Virus record (IMG/VR): IMGVR_UViG_3300028593_000005
DNA length: 64,000 nt
Source of the DNA: an uncultured virus (IMG/VR IMGVR_UViG_3300028593_000005)
Lineage: Duplodnaviria > Heunggongvirae > Uroviricota > Caudoviricetes
Strand: one strand, 5' to 3'
The notes under the pieces were generated by a model. The model searched no databases. It had not been told where the DNA came from and worked only from the letters and a program-made list of their open reading frames with translations. Shown here piece by piece: positions 28,748 through 37,805 of the stretch. A program made the translations under genes and the position numbers. The stretch's first letter is position 1, and each line of letters opens with the position of its first letter.

Positions 28748-29722
28748 ATGTTTGAATCTGTAAAACCCAGTTTAGTTGACATCGGGATTGTCGAAGAGCC
28801 GACAGTCGAAACGTCGACATCAGAACCAAAAGCAGAGCCCGAAAAACGAAAGAGAGGACGTCCTCCAAAGAAGAAGCCTGAAGAGCAGACAGCTAGTGCA
28901 GTAACACTCCCAGTTACTCAGACTATCTCAATTCCTGCTGAGGCTCCTAAGGCACAGCCTTATGTTCCTCTCTGTACATCTAATGAGCCTTACGAAATGA
29001 CCTATGCTGAAGGTGTGGGTATGATTCGCGGCACTATCCAGCAGATGGATACAATGGCATTAGAGCTCAAGAATGAGTTCGATGCTATCAGACACAACAA
29101 GCAGATGAAAGGTAGATATACCTACATCAGCAATCTTGGTGAGTCTATCTGTGGCATCCTTGGTAACAAGCTTGCTGCTATCAAAGAGCTCAATGCAGTA
29201 ACAACTAAGTCTCATGAACTTGAGATGAAACGTTATCAGGCTACTAAGGAACAGCAGTTGGCAGAAGATGATGATAGAAGCATGGCAGCAATGTACAATG
29301 CTTACATCAACACTCCTATCAATGCTGGTAATCTTCCTCCATTCCTTCAGCAGACATCTCAGAACGCTATAGCCAATCCTGGTATGATGGGTTCTGGTAC
29401 AATGATAACTCCTTCTGGAGATATCGTGGATGCTGGTTATGGTAATTACGTGCAGTCTATCTCTCCAGAGCAGAATCGTATGATACTTGAGCACAACCCC
29501 AATATCAAGGAGGTCGTAGTTCTTGACGATGCTACTGGAGCGGCATCATTCGACGTAATCGATACAACAACTGGACAGTCAGTTCCTAATTACCCAAGAC
29601 CAAACCCAGAGCTTATCGCAGAAACTATTATAGATCGTTCTACTGGTAGAGCGACTAACAGTAATCTTGGTAAGAGCTGGGACGTAATCACCATTAACGC
29701 TGGTGCTATATCAAAGTTCTAA
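28748..29722 (+). CDS. Hypothetical protein with an AT-hook
   Basis: KRKRGRPPKK AT-hook; central coiled coil. Confidence 0.7.
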   Translation: MFESVKPSLVDIGIVEEPTVETSTSEPKAEPEKRKRGRPPKKKPEEQTASAVTLPVTQTISIPAEAPKAQPYVPLCTSNEPYEMTYAEGVGMIRGTIQQMDTMALELKNEFDAIRHNKQMKGRYTYISNLGESICGILGNKLAAIKELNAVTTKSHELEMKRYQATKEQQLAEDDDRSMAAMYNAYINTPINAGNLPPFLQQTSQNAIANPGMMGSGTMITPSGDIVDAGYGNYVQSISPEQNRMILEHNPNIKEVVVLDDATGAASFDVIDTTTGQSVPNYPRPNPELIAETIIDRSTGRATNSNLGKSWDVITINAGAISKF

Positions 29723-29727
29723 CAAGT

Positions 29728-29737
29728 TATATATTAT
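29728..29737 (+). promoter_or_regulatory. Putative early promoter TATATATTAT
   Basis: Heads the 29798..31748 small-gene operon; followed by a hairpin at 29745..29769. Confidence 0.5.
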
Positions 29738-29797
29738 AGAGGTACCAGGAAGTCGTTTCGGCTTCCTGGCAATCTAAAATAAAAGGAGGTACAGACA

Positions 29798-30073
29798 ATG
29801 GACGATACAGTCTACATACTGTACAAGAAGAACAGCACAGAAGAATGGTTGAAAACTTCCGATAAGAAGGAACTGATTGGTACTATCTTTATGGATGCCA
29901 TCACCTTTTGGGAGAAAGAGACCATAGGCATCAAACAACTCAATCTCAAGATAGCAAAAACAAAATGTAACGATGGCTCCATACTCGAAGTATACAATAT
30001 CGTGTATGACGCATCGCCAGAATCATACTTTGACATAGCTTACAACGTCAAAGTTATCAAAGGAGGAAAATGA
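29798..30073 (+). CDS. Hypothetical early protein
   Basis: AAAGGAGG RBS. Confidence 0.7.
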   Translation: MDDTVYILYKKNSTEEWLKTSDKKELIGTIFMDAITFWEKETIGIKQLNLKIAKTKCNDGSILEVYNIVYDASPESYFDIAYNVKVIKGGK

Positions 30074-30074
30074 T

Positions 30075-30236
30075 ATGAGTGATCTTACTAGACTTTTACA
30101 AGAAAGAGAGCAGATAGAAGTGATGATGGAAGTAATGCAGCTTCCTTCCTCTCAGGATGAGCTCAGAAAACGTTTAGATGAAGTAAACAGAAAGATTACC
30201 ATGCTTGAAAACGAACAGGAGGACAATGATGAATAA
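30075..30236 (+). CDS. 53-aa coiled-coil protein (below the ORF-track cutoff)
   Basis: AAAGGAGG RBS; MSDLTRLLQEREQIE...NEQEDNDE. Confidence 0.65.
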   Translation: MSDLTRLLQEREQIEVMMEVMQLPSSQDELRKRLDEVNRKITMLENEQEDNDE

Positions 30237-30939
30237 GTTTGACTATGAAAAGACAGGCTATACTGAGCCTACAGAGGAAGATGAAAAGAGAATCTTCACA
30301 GAAGAGTACTTACTAAAAGATGTCTTCGGAACGAAAGTTCTGATGACTACAGGTCGTGAGTTCAATGAACTCTACAAAACACTCCCAGAAGGTGTACATT
30401 ATTTCGCCATCAGAGGACGTGACGATGATCCTTCTATACCTGCTACAGTTGAAGATAAGGTCTTTGTCAACAGATGCGGAAGCATGCTTAGCAAGGAAGA
30501 TCTCATAGCTCCTGAAAGAAAGACATGTAATCCCAACGACATCTACAAAATCCTTAATGAAGAAGAAAGTAGGAGATTCTATGATATGCTTTGGGACTGC
30601 GACAATGTGGCTAATATCCCTGAGGAGAAAGATCAGGAATCTATGACAATCTCAGACTTCATTCATAAAGATGATGAAGAGTTTGAACTCTGTATCAAAG
30701 AGATCGTTCATCATATTGTAAAAGTTAAAGCTAAAGACTCTGAAGAGGCTACAATCTTAGCTGCTAAGAAGTATATACATGATGATAACTTCTGCGACAC
30801 AACAACAAACACTGGGTCAATAGACGATGTCTTAATCTCGGTTAAGGAGAACTCTGGCCCTTCCGCTGGAGAATATGCAGAATTCAAAGATCTCTACGAC
30901 TATGCTAGGGATAAGATAAACGGCAAGACAGTATTATGA
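30226..30939 (+). CDS. Early protein with an LPD28-like (large polyvalent protein) domain and a DpnD/PcfM-like C-terminus
   Basis: TLPEGVHYFAIRGRDDDPSIPATVEDKVFVNRCGSMLS fits the LPD28 pattern; IKEIVHHIVKVKAKDSEEA. Confidence 0.6.
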   Translation: MMNKFDYEKTGYTEPTEEDEKRIFTEEYLLKDVFGTKVLMTTGREFNELYKTLPEGVHYFAIRGRDDDPSIPATVEDKVFVNRCGSMLSKEDLIAPERKTCNPNDIYKILNEEESRRFYDMLWDCDNVANIPEEKDQESMTISDFIHKDDEEFELCIKEIVHHIVKVKAKDSEEATILAAKKYIHDDNFCDTTTNTGSIDDVLISVKENSGPSAGEYAEFKDLYDYARDKINGKTVL

Positions 30940-30949
30940 GGATAGTATT

Positions 30950-31348
30950 ATGAGTAGCAACACATCGAAAAAGGTTGAAGGTACTAACACCACTATAAGA
31001 ATCAGTTCTGGATACATCGTGAAATTCTCCAAGATAACAATCTTTGAAGAAGACAAAAATAAAAGCAAGATTATTTACATGCACGGACCATATGAGTATA
31101 CTATCGAATACTTCGAATCAGAAGATCATCGAGACAACCAGTATCTCAGCGGTCCTAATTCTGTAAAGATCGTAAAAGAGATTGTCGAATCGGCAAACAA
31201 ACGCAATCTCGACATTATAGCTTCTGGTATCATAAGAGGTATAATACCTTATAACGAAATATCCGAGTTCGCAGCTTATCCTGGTGGAGATGTTGCAGAA
31301 ATCAGGATAATGAAAGAGGAGAATAATAATGAGAAAGAAAACCCCTAA
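30950..31348 (+). CDS. Hypothetical early protein
   Basis: 132 aa, part of the operon. Confidence 0.65.
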   Translation: MSSNTSKKVEGTNTTIRISSGYIVKFSKITIFEEDKNKSKIIYMHGPYEYTIEYFESEDHRDNQYLSGPNSVKIVKEIVESANKRNLDIIASGIIRGIIPYNEISEFAAYPGGDVAEIRIMKEENNNEKENP

Positions 31349-31748
31349 TCCATTCCAGTTCGTATACAACGCTTCTAAGAGTGTTATACAGAAGGGCAAC
31401 GATAAGACTCCTATCAATCTTAAGGTAGGAGATCTTGTAACTTACTATGACAGAAACACCATCAATCCCAATTCTGGTGAAGTATGTAAAGCTCTCTGTC
31501 AAGTGATTCATGTGGCGCAGGACTTCATGGGATACGGAATCCTCTTCTTCTATACTTTGAAGTGCTATGATGAAAGCTTCAACAATTTGGAGGATCCTCA
31601 GACACTCCCTGGACAGAAGTTTATGGCGATAGTATCATACATCGAAACTGAAAAGTTTGTCCCCTGGCAGCCTGCTGAGGACGATTATGACAGACTGATC
31701 GGTTATGAAGAGTTCTGCACAGCCATGCAGAATCATGAAGAACAGTAG
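31329..31748 (+). CDS. Hypothetical early protein (SH3/KOW-like LKVGDLV)
   Basis: 139 aa, GAGGAG RBS. Confidence 0.65.
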   Translation: MRKKTPNPFQFVYNASKSVIQKGNDKTPINLKVGDLVTYYDRNTINPNSGEVCKALCQVIHVAQDFMGYGILFFYTLKCYDESFNNLEDPQTLPGQKFMAIVSYIETEKFVPWQPAEDDYDRLIGYEEFCTAMQNHEEQ

Positions 31749-31765
31749 CTGAAGTAAGAAAAATG

Positions 31766-31807
31766 ACTGGTGGTAGAGCTCGAACATCTGAGTAAACTAC
31801 CACCAGT
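31766..31807 (+). terminator. Terminator hairpin whose loop contains a late promoter (31783..31794)
   Basis: ACTGGTGGTAG/CTACCACCAGT 11-bp stem followed by ttattttt; loop holds AACAtctgagTAA. Confidence 0.65.
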
Positions 31808-31835
31808 TTATTTTTACTAGAAAGGAGAATTGTAT

Positions 31836-33131
31836 ATGTCACATAGATACACTCCTGTACAGTTCCATAGGTATAAGCAGGAACATATCCTGAATCACTA
31901 CTGTACTGTAGCTCCACTATCTCACAATCATGCTATCTGTATAGAGTATGTGAAGAAGTGGTTCCTCGAGAAGTTCCCTAAGGACTTCTTCTCTTACTTT
32001 TTTGTCGACGGAAGTAATGTCTTTGGTGAGACTATAAGACTTCCTAAGGATAAAGTTATCGTTAAAGGAAGCGATGATACATGTACATGTACTATGTCTT
32101 GTCAGCTTGACGATACTTATGATCGTGCTATGATCGATACTAACCTCTTTGGTCTGGAGATGTTTGTAAATACTACTCCTATAGACCGTTCATTCATCCA
32201 AGATCCAGTCAATCATCGTTACGTAATGATGAAGATGGAGATGGAACTCATGAACTTCACCTTCAGAATCAAGTGTCCTACCAGAGCAAAGCAGCTTGAT
32301 CTGTTCAAGTTCATGAAACTCGCTTTCAGAATAGGTCTTTCGGAGACCAGAGATGCTACTAATGACTATCTTATCCCTTATAGTCTGATGCTGAGTGTGG
32401 CATCAGATGCTGGTTTTAAGATAGATTGTGAGAATGCCAGAATCAAGAACCCTATAGAGTTCCTTACATGGCTCAATCGCCATTCTTTTTTGCCGATTCT
32501 CTTCAGATTCAACAATATGACTGGTAGAGAAGACTACTATGTGCGTATGGATGACCTTCCTATCAGAGTAGGATTTGAGTCTATCTCTAAGGATGACGGT
32601 AATAGAACAGGACATCTTCTCACAGACTTCGGTATAGAGATGAATATCAACGTTCGTTTCCCTGGTATGCAGCTTTATGTATACCATACTAAGACAGAAC
32701 AGATCTATTCTACTCAGACTAAGTCTGCTTATGCTATAGACGGAGCTCTCATGATAGCATTCAAACAGGGCACACCTCCTCCCGATATGAATGAGAGGGG
32801 ATGGCTCAAGTACATAGAGTCTGATTATCAGGCTGATGCTCCAGGACCATTCGAGATTAACATGGGAGAACTGTTTGAGGGTGAACTTCTCAAGTTTATC
32901 AACGAACACAAGAATCGTTTCATTTCTCCAGAGGTATTCATGGACATCAGAGTCTATTGTGATGACGCATTTCTTGAGACTGAGATGAATTGGAAGACTA
33001 TGATGCTCTCGGTAAAGGGTTATCCTCCTAAACTTATTACAAGCATAGTCATCTACATCGATACTCTCTACCTGAATGACCAGCGCGTCATAGATGGAGG
33101 CTTCAACAAGTCCAGAACTACCATTCAGTAA
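31836..33131 (+). CDS. Probable virion structural protein (431 aa)
   Basis: Late promoter and AAAGGAG RBS; no catalytic motif recognised. Confidence 0.6.
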   Translation: MSHRYTPVQFHRYKQEHILNHYCTVAPLSHNHAICIEYVKKWFLEKFPKDFFSYFFVDGSNVFGETIRLPKDKVIVKGSDDTCTCTMSCQLDDTYDRAMIDTNLFGLEMFVNTTPIDRSFIQDPVNHRYVMMKMEMELMNFTFRIKCPTRAKQLDLFKFMKLAFRIGLSETRDATNDYLIPYSLMLSVASDAGFKIDCENARIKNPIEFLTWLNRHSFLPILFRFNNMTGREDYYVRMDDLPIRVGFESISKDDGNRTGHLLTDFGIEMNINVRFPGMQLYVYHTKTEQIYSTQTKSAYAIDGALMIAFKQGTPPPDMNERGWLKYIESDYQADAPGPFEINMGELFEGELLKFINEHKNRFISPEVFMDIRVYCDDAFLETEMNWKTMMLSVKGYPPKLITSIVIYIDTLYLNDQRVIDGGFNKSRTTIQ

Positions 33132-33185
33132 GCAATAACAGGACCCACAACCCTCTTATAATATAATTAAAGGAGGAATTCTAGC

Positions 33186-36100
33186 ATGACAAAGAATCTT
33201 GAAAGTGTCACTGTTGAAAAGCGTGACGGTAAGGAAGTTCCCTTCAATAGGGTGAATATCTCTGTTGCTGTTACAAAAGCAGTGAAAGCATCTCACCAAT
33301 CATTTGACCCAACCAAAGACCCCATGTATGACGCTAAGAACAACGAAGTTGTTGATGCTGTAATAGATGAGGTAGACACTTTCCTTAACCATGAACCTGG
33401 AAGGATACATGTAGAACGTATACAGGATCTTGTTGAACGGGTTCTTATCAAGAAAGGATATGCTGATACAGCCAAAGAGTATATCCTCTATCGTAAGAAG
33501 CGTGACGAGATCCGTAACACTCGTAACAAGACTGCTGAGTGTATGGAAGAGATCCTCGGCAAGAGCTCCGAAGACAGCAATCTTAAGCGTGATAACGCTA
33601 ATGTAAACGGCGATACTGCTATGGGTACTATGCTTCAGATTGGAGCTAATGTATCTAAGGAGTATTATCTTGACAATCGTATCAATCGTACAGCGACTAC
33701 AGCTCATAGAGATGGTCATATACATATACATGACCTCGACTTCTATGACCTTACTGTTACTTGCTGTCAGATCGACGCTAAGAAGATCCTCGAGGGCGGT
33801 TTCAATACTGGCCACGGTTATCTCAGAGAACCTGCTAGTATACTGTCAGCAGCTGCATTGGCTGCTATAGCTATACAGAGTGACCAGAATGACTGTCACG
33901 GCGGACAGAGCATTCCTAACCTCGACTATGGTCTTGCTAAGTATGTAGAGAAGAGTTTTGCAAAGCACTTCAAAGACAACTTCAGCAAGCTCTTCGACTT
34001 CGCATTCTCGTACTATATAGCTCCTGGAGAGGAAACACGAAAGAAGTTAGACGAGTTAATGCCAGAGATGGAGAAGTCTATACTCGATAGCCTCAACGGA
34101 CAGCTCAGTACCAAGATGGTAAAACCTACTTACAATGCTATCTATGAGATGGCTAAGAAGCTTGAGGAGAAGAACATTGTATCTAGCGATGATGTCAATG
34201 TAGTATCATATCTCGAGAAGATTATTCAGACTGCATTGGATGATTCATTAAGAGAAACAGACAAGGAAACACATCAGGCTATGGAAGCATTCGTGCACAA
34301 TCTCAATACAATGCACAGCAGATGTGGCGCACAGGTAGAGATGCCTAGTATAAGGGAAACCTTATACGGAGCTCGGGTAATATCGGTGGAGACTTACATG
34401 TATCATAAAAGCATGATTCGTGTAAGCTAATACCGAGATAACTGATGCTTTAACAAGTATCAGTATCGTAACGCGTAGTGGGTGAAACCTCAACACCGAG
34501 AGGAATATAATCCCACCAAGAGTATCCGATACAATGTCTATAGGGCATTGCTACGGGAGTTGCGCCCCGTGGTCCTAACGTAATGACGAGGGTAGAAATG
34601 TACGCTGAGCTGGTCTGAATTGACAGACGTATCGATTCTTAGTAAATCGTATGAGGGTGACCTCCAGAAGTATAGGATAAAAAGCCTATACGATAACATA
34701 ACTGACCTTTCTCTAGTGTAAATCTTGGAACCGATACTTCTCCTGCGGGAAGAATGGTTACTAAGAATCTCCTCAAGGCTATGAACGAAGGTCTTGGACA
34801 TGGAGAAACAGCTATCTTCCCGATTGTTATCTTCAAGGTAAAAGAGGGAGTCAACTACAATAAGGAAGATCCTAACTACGACCTCTTCAAGCAGGCTTGT
34901 GAAGTTACATCTCGTAGACTCTTCCCTAACTTCTCATTCATCGACGCTCCATTCAACAAGCAGTACTATGTTGAAGGTCGTCCTGAAACGGAGATAGCTT
35001 ACATGGGATCTGTTACAGGAGACCATGAAGTATACTATCGTTATAATGACAAAGAGTACAAGCATACATTCAAAAAGATGTATGAGAAGCTCTCTGCTCA
35101 TTTCAAGATTGAAACATTCGGAATCTCTAAATACATCGATGTCGACGGCGACGTTGATATCTATGATACATCCAGTGGAGGATTCGTTCCTTGTAGAAAG
35201 GTAATGGTTACTCCTAAGATGACTAACTGGGTTCGAATCAAACTTGCCAATGGAAGAATCATTACTGCTACAGATGACCATCCGCTTCCTGTACTGTCCA
35301 AGACAGAAGACAAGACATTCGTAAGAACACCAGTAGCAGATATCGAAATCGGCGATAAGATCGCTGTAGTGGGTCCTGCTAACGTTGTATTCGATTCTGA
35401 GTATTGGGATGGATCGGACTTCATGACTACACTCAACTCTTCAGAAGTCGTAGAGTACTCCGCCCTTGATATGGAGGAAGATGGATATGATGTAGAGACT
35501 GCATCAGATAGATTCGATGTCTCTGGTATTGTATCACATAACTGCCGTACAAGAGTTATCGGTAATCACTATGATCCTAATAACGAAATCACTCACGGTA
35601 GAGGTAACCTCTCATTCACCTCTATCAATCTCCCTAGACTCGCTATAGAGTCTGGTGGTTCAGAAGAGAAGTTCTTCAACGATCTCAGATACTATATGGA
35701 AGTTGCTAAGTCTCAGCTTCTTGAGAGATTTGAGATTCAGGCTAAGAGACATGTCTATAACTTCCCATTCCTTATGGGACAGGGAGTATGGATTGGCTCT
35801 GATAAACTCAAGTGGACAGATGAAGTAAGAGAGGTTATCAAGAACGGCACACTCTCTATCGGATTCATCGGTATTGCTGAAACTATGAAGTGTCTCTACG
35901 GCCACCATCATGGCGAAGGCGAGGAGTATGAACAGAAGGCTATCAATATCGTTAAGTTTATGCGTAATATAACTGACCAGATAGCCGAAGAGACTGGACT
36001 CAACTTCTCACTCCTTGCTACTCCTGCAGAAGGACTTTGCGGTAGATTCCTCAGAATCGACAGAAAGAAGTTCGGCGTTATCGAGGGAGTAACAGATAAG

Positions 36101-37323
36101 GAGTTCTATACTAACTCATTCCACATTCCTGTAAACTTCAAGATCTCTGCATTCGATAAGATCAGGCTTGAAGCTCCTTTCCATGAGCTTACTAATGCTG
36201 GTCATATATCATACATCGAATTTGATGGCGATACATCAGAGAATGTAGCTTCTATCGAAAAGGTAGTACGTTGCATGCATGACATGGGAATCGGTTACGG
36301 CGCTATCAATCACCCTGTAGATAGAGATCCTGTATGTGGATACACAGGTATCATCGGCGATACTTGCCCATGCTGTGGACGTAAGGAATCAGAAGACCAT
36401 ATCAGATTCGAGAGAATCAGACGAATAACGGGTTAACCTACACGATAAGCCCTAAAACTAACACAAACCTATCATAGATAGGCTTTCCATGATTGGACTC
36501 AGAGTATGGGTCAGAAATCAAATAATGATTATGGAGGGATCAAGAGATGGATGTAGTTACAACCTACAATTCAAACCTTGAGTTTAGAAAGATACCATCA
36601 TTACAGTTCCTATACGAGGTAAACTCTAATGGAACTATCTTTAGGAATGTCAAGTCTAAGAAGCAACTTCACATCAAACTTGACTACCATCATTCAAAAG
36701 CTGGTTACTATTGTACTTTTGTCAATATCAAGGGTCAATGTATAAGAGTCATGATACATTCTGTTGTAGCAGAGTGTTGGCTTGGACCAAGACCTGAAGG
36801 ATATGAAGTAGATCATCGAGATAGAAACAGTCATAACAATGACTATAGGAATCTCCGCTATGTAACTCATAGCGAACAGATGAAGAATAGAGTACTTGGA
36901 GATCATGTCATTGCAGCTGCTACAGCTAATTGTGCAGCTTACGTGAAAGATATCTCCATAAGATGTGTAGTGATAGATTCAAGAACTAATGACACATATC
37001 ACTTTAGATCAGCTACTCAAGCAGCTTACTTCATCGCATATGAGACTGGTAAGAGTCCAGAGCAAGTTAGAGGTAAGCTGAAACAAAGAAGAAGTCACAT
37101 ATACTTCTATGATATAGTATATGTGAACAACAAGAACTTCTGGCCAGACAGTATCTTTCGAAATGCAGAGACTAGACGTGTTGGCTCTACGGAGCAAGGA
37201 ATAGTCCACTTATACGAACAAGATGACGAGTAAGTGTATCTTGTAGGTGATGTAGTCACATGGAATGACGCAAAGAGGGCCGAAGAGAGCATGAGACGTC
37301 CTCATGACGCTTCAGGCAACTAA
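33186..37323 (+). CDS. nrdD: Anaerobic (class III) ribonucleotide reductase; exons 33186..34336, 34705..36433 and 37237..37323; contains an intein
   Basis: ATP cone (VEKRDG..PF), HIHDLD, GGQS. Splicing restores HSRCGAQV|PFSSVNLG and the glycyl-radical motif RRITG|YLVG; intein removal restores AYMG|CRT. 988 aa precursor, 810 aa mature. Confidence 0.95.
34337..34704 (+). mobile_element. Group I intron 1 in nrdD (368 nt, no ORF, IA-like with P7 extension)
   Basis: 5' exon ends in U; P1 AGGU/GCCU with U.G wobble and GAGA loop; terminal G; P4 UCGGU/ACCGA; P7 GCGUA/UACGC; removal restores frame and conserved sequence. Confidence 0.92.
35009..35542 (+). mobile_element. Mini-intein (178 aa, Ser1, no homing endonuclease) at the NrdD active-site Cys
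   Basis: SVTGD start, block B TATDDHPL, block F YDVET, terminal SHN, +1 Cys of CRTR. Confidence 0.92.
36434..37236 (+). mobile_element. Group I intron 2 in nrdD (803 nt) splitting the RITG|YL glycyl-radical motif
   Basis: P1 GGGU/GCCC; extended P10 (36436..36447 is 11/12 complementary to the exon 3 start); P3 CUAACAC/GUGUUGG; P7 GACUA/UAGUC; P8; terminal G. Confidence 0.92.
36547..37233 (+). CDS. Intron-encoded HNH homing endonuclease (NUMOD4/I-HmuI-like)
   Basis: YEVNSNGTIFRN; HSVVAECWLG...VDHRDRNSHNNDYRNLRYVT..EQM; NUMOD1-like FRSATQAA. Confidence 0.9.
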   Translation: MDVVTTYNSNLEFRKIPSLQFLYEVNSNGTIFRNVKSKKQLHIKLDYHHSKAGYYCTFVNIKGQCIRVMIHSVVAECWLGPRPEGYEVDHRDRNSHNNDYRNLRYVTHSEQMKNRVLGDHVIAAATANCAAYVKDISIRCVVIDSRTNDTYHFRSATQAAYFIAYETGKSPEQVRGKLKQRRSHIYFYDIVYVNNKNFWPDSIFRNAETRRVGSTEQGIVHLYEQDDE

Positions 37324-37355
37324 AAAGAAAAAAAAACAATGTGATGCAAAGATGC

Positions 37356-37380
37356 GAGGGAACCCTTAACGGGTTCCCTC
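37356..37380. terminator. Hairpin between convergent genes
   Basis: GAGGGAACCC/GGGTTCCCTC. Confidence 0.55.
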
Positions 37381-37668
37381 TCCCTCAATCTTCTTTTTTA
37401 ATTCATCAATAGTTGCCTCACAACTATTGATGTTGTCATTGACGAGTCTAACTAACTCTGACTTAATAGCCTCGTCAATATCCTCTTCGAGAAGATGATT
37501 TCTCAGATCCTCGAACTTAGATCTCTGCTGAATCAGATGAGAGATGAAAAGTTCTCCTTTCTCTCTCTTCAGCTTTGGAAGCAACTCACAAATTTCAATC
37601 TCTGCGAGCGCCACGAGACAGTAACACATGTCTTGCAAAAAATTCACATTATACTTTTCCATAGCCAT
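37366..37668 (-). CDS. Hypothetical early helical protein
   Basis: GAAAGGAG RBS; early motif at 37708..37717. Confidence 0.7.
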   Translation of the reverse strand: MAMEKYNVNFLQDMCYCLVALAEIEICELLPKLKREKGELFISHLIQQRSKFEDLRNHLLEEDIDEAIKSELVRLVNDNINSCEATIDELKKKIEGEGTR

Positions 37669-37707
37669 TCTCCTTTCAAGATGGATTTTTGTATTGCGTA
37701 CACTACG

Positions 37708-37717
37708 ATAGTATACA
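37708..37717 (-). promoter_or_regulatory. Putative early promoter TGTATACTAT
   Basis: Same motif and similar downstream context (..GTGTACG) as 3055. Confidence 0.6.
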
Positions 37718-37805
37718 ACTCTAATTTCTCACATTTACAATCGCCCCCAACTCAATCCGTTCAGAGTCAACTTTATAATAAATTCAATACCAAAAAGGAG
37801 GAATC

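Noticed and set aside
36215..36235. EFDGD as an RNAP catalytic DFDGD motif
   Set aside because: It lies within NrdD (GHISYIEFDGD). The catalytic beta' N-subunit is not in this window.
33186..37323. nrdD pseudogene or stop-codon recoding
   Set aside because: The breaks are explained exactly by group I splice sites. All three stop codons terminate genes normally elsewhere.
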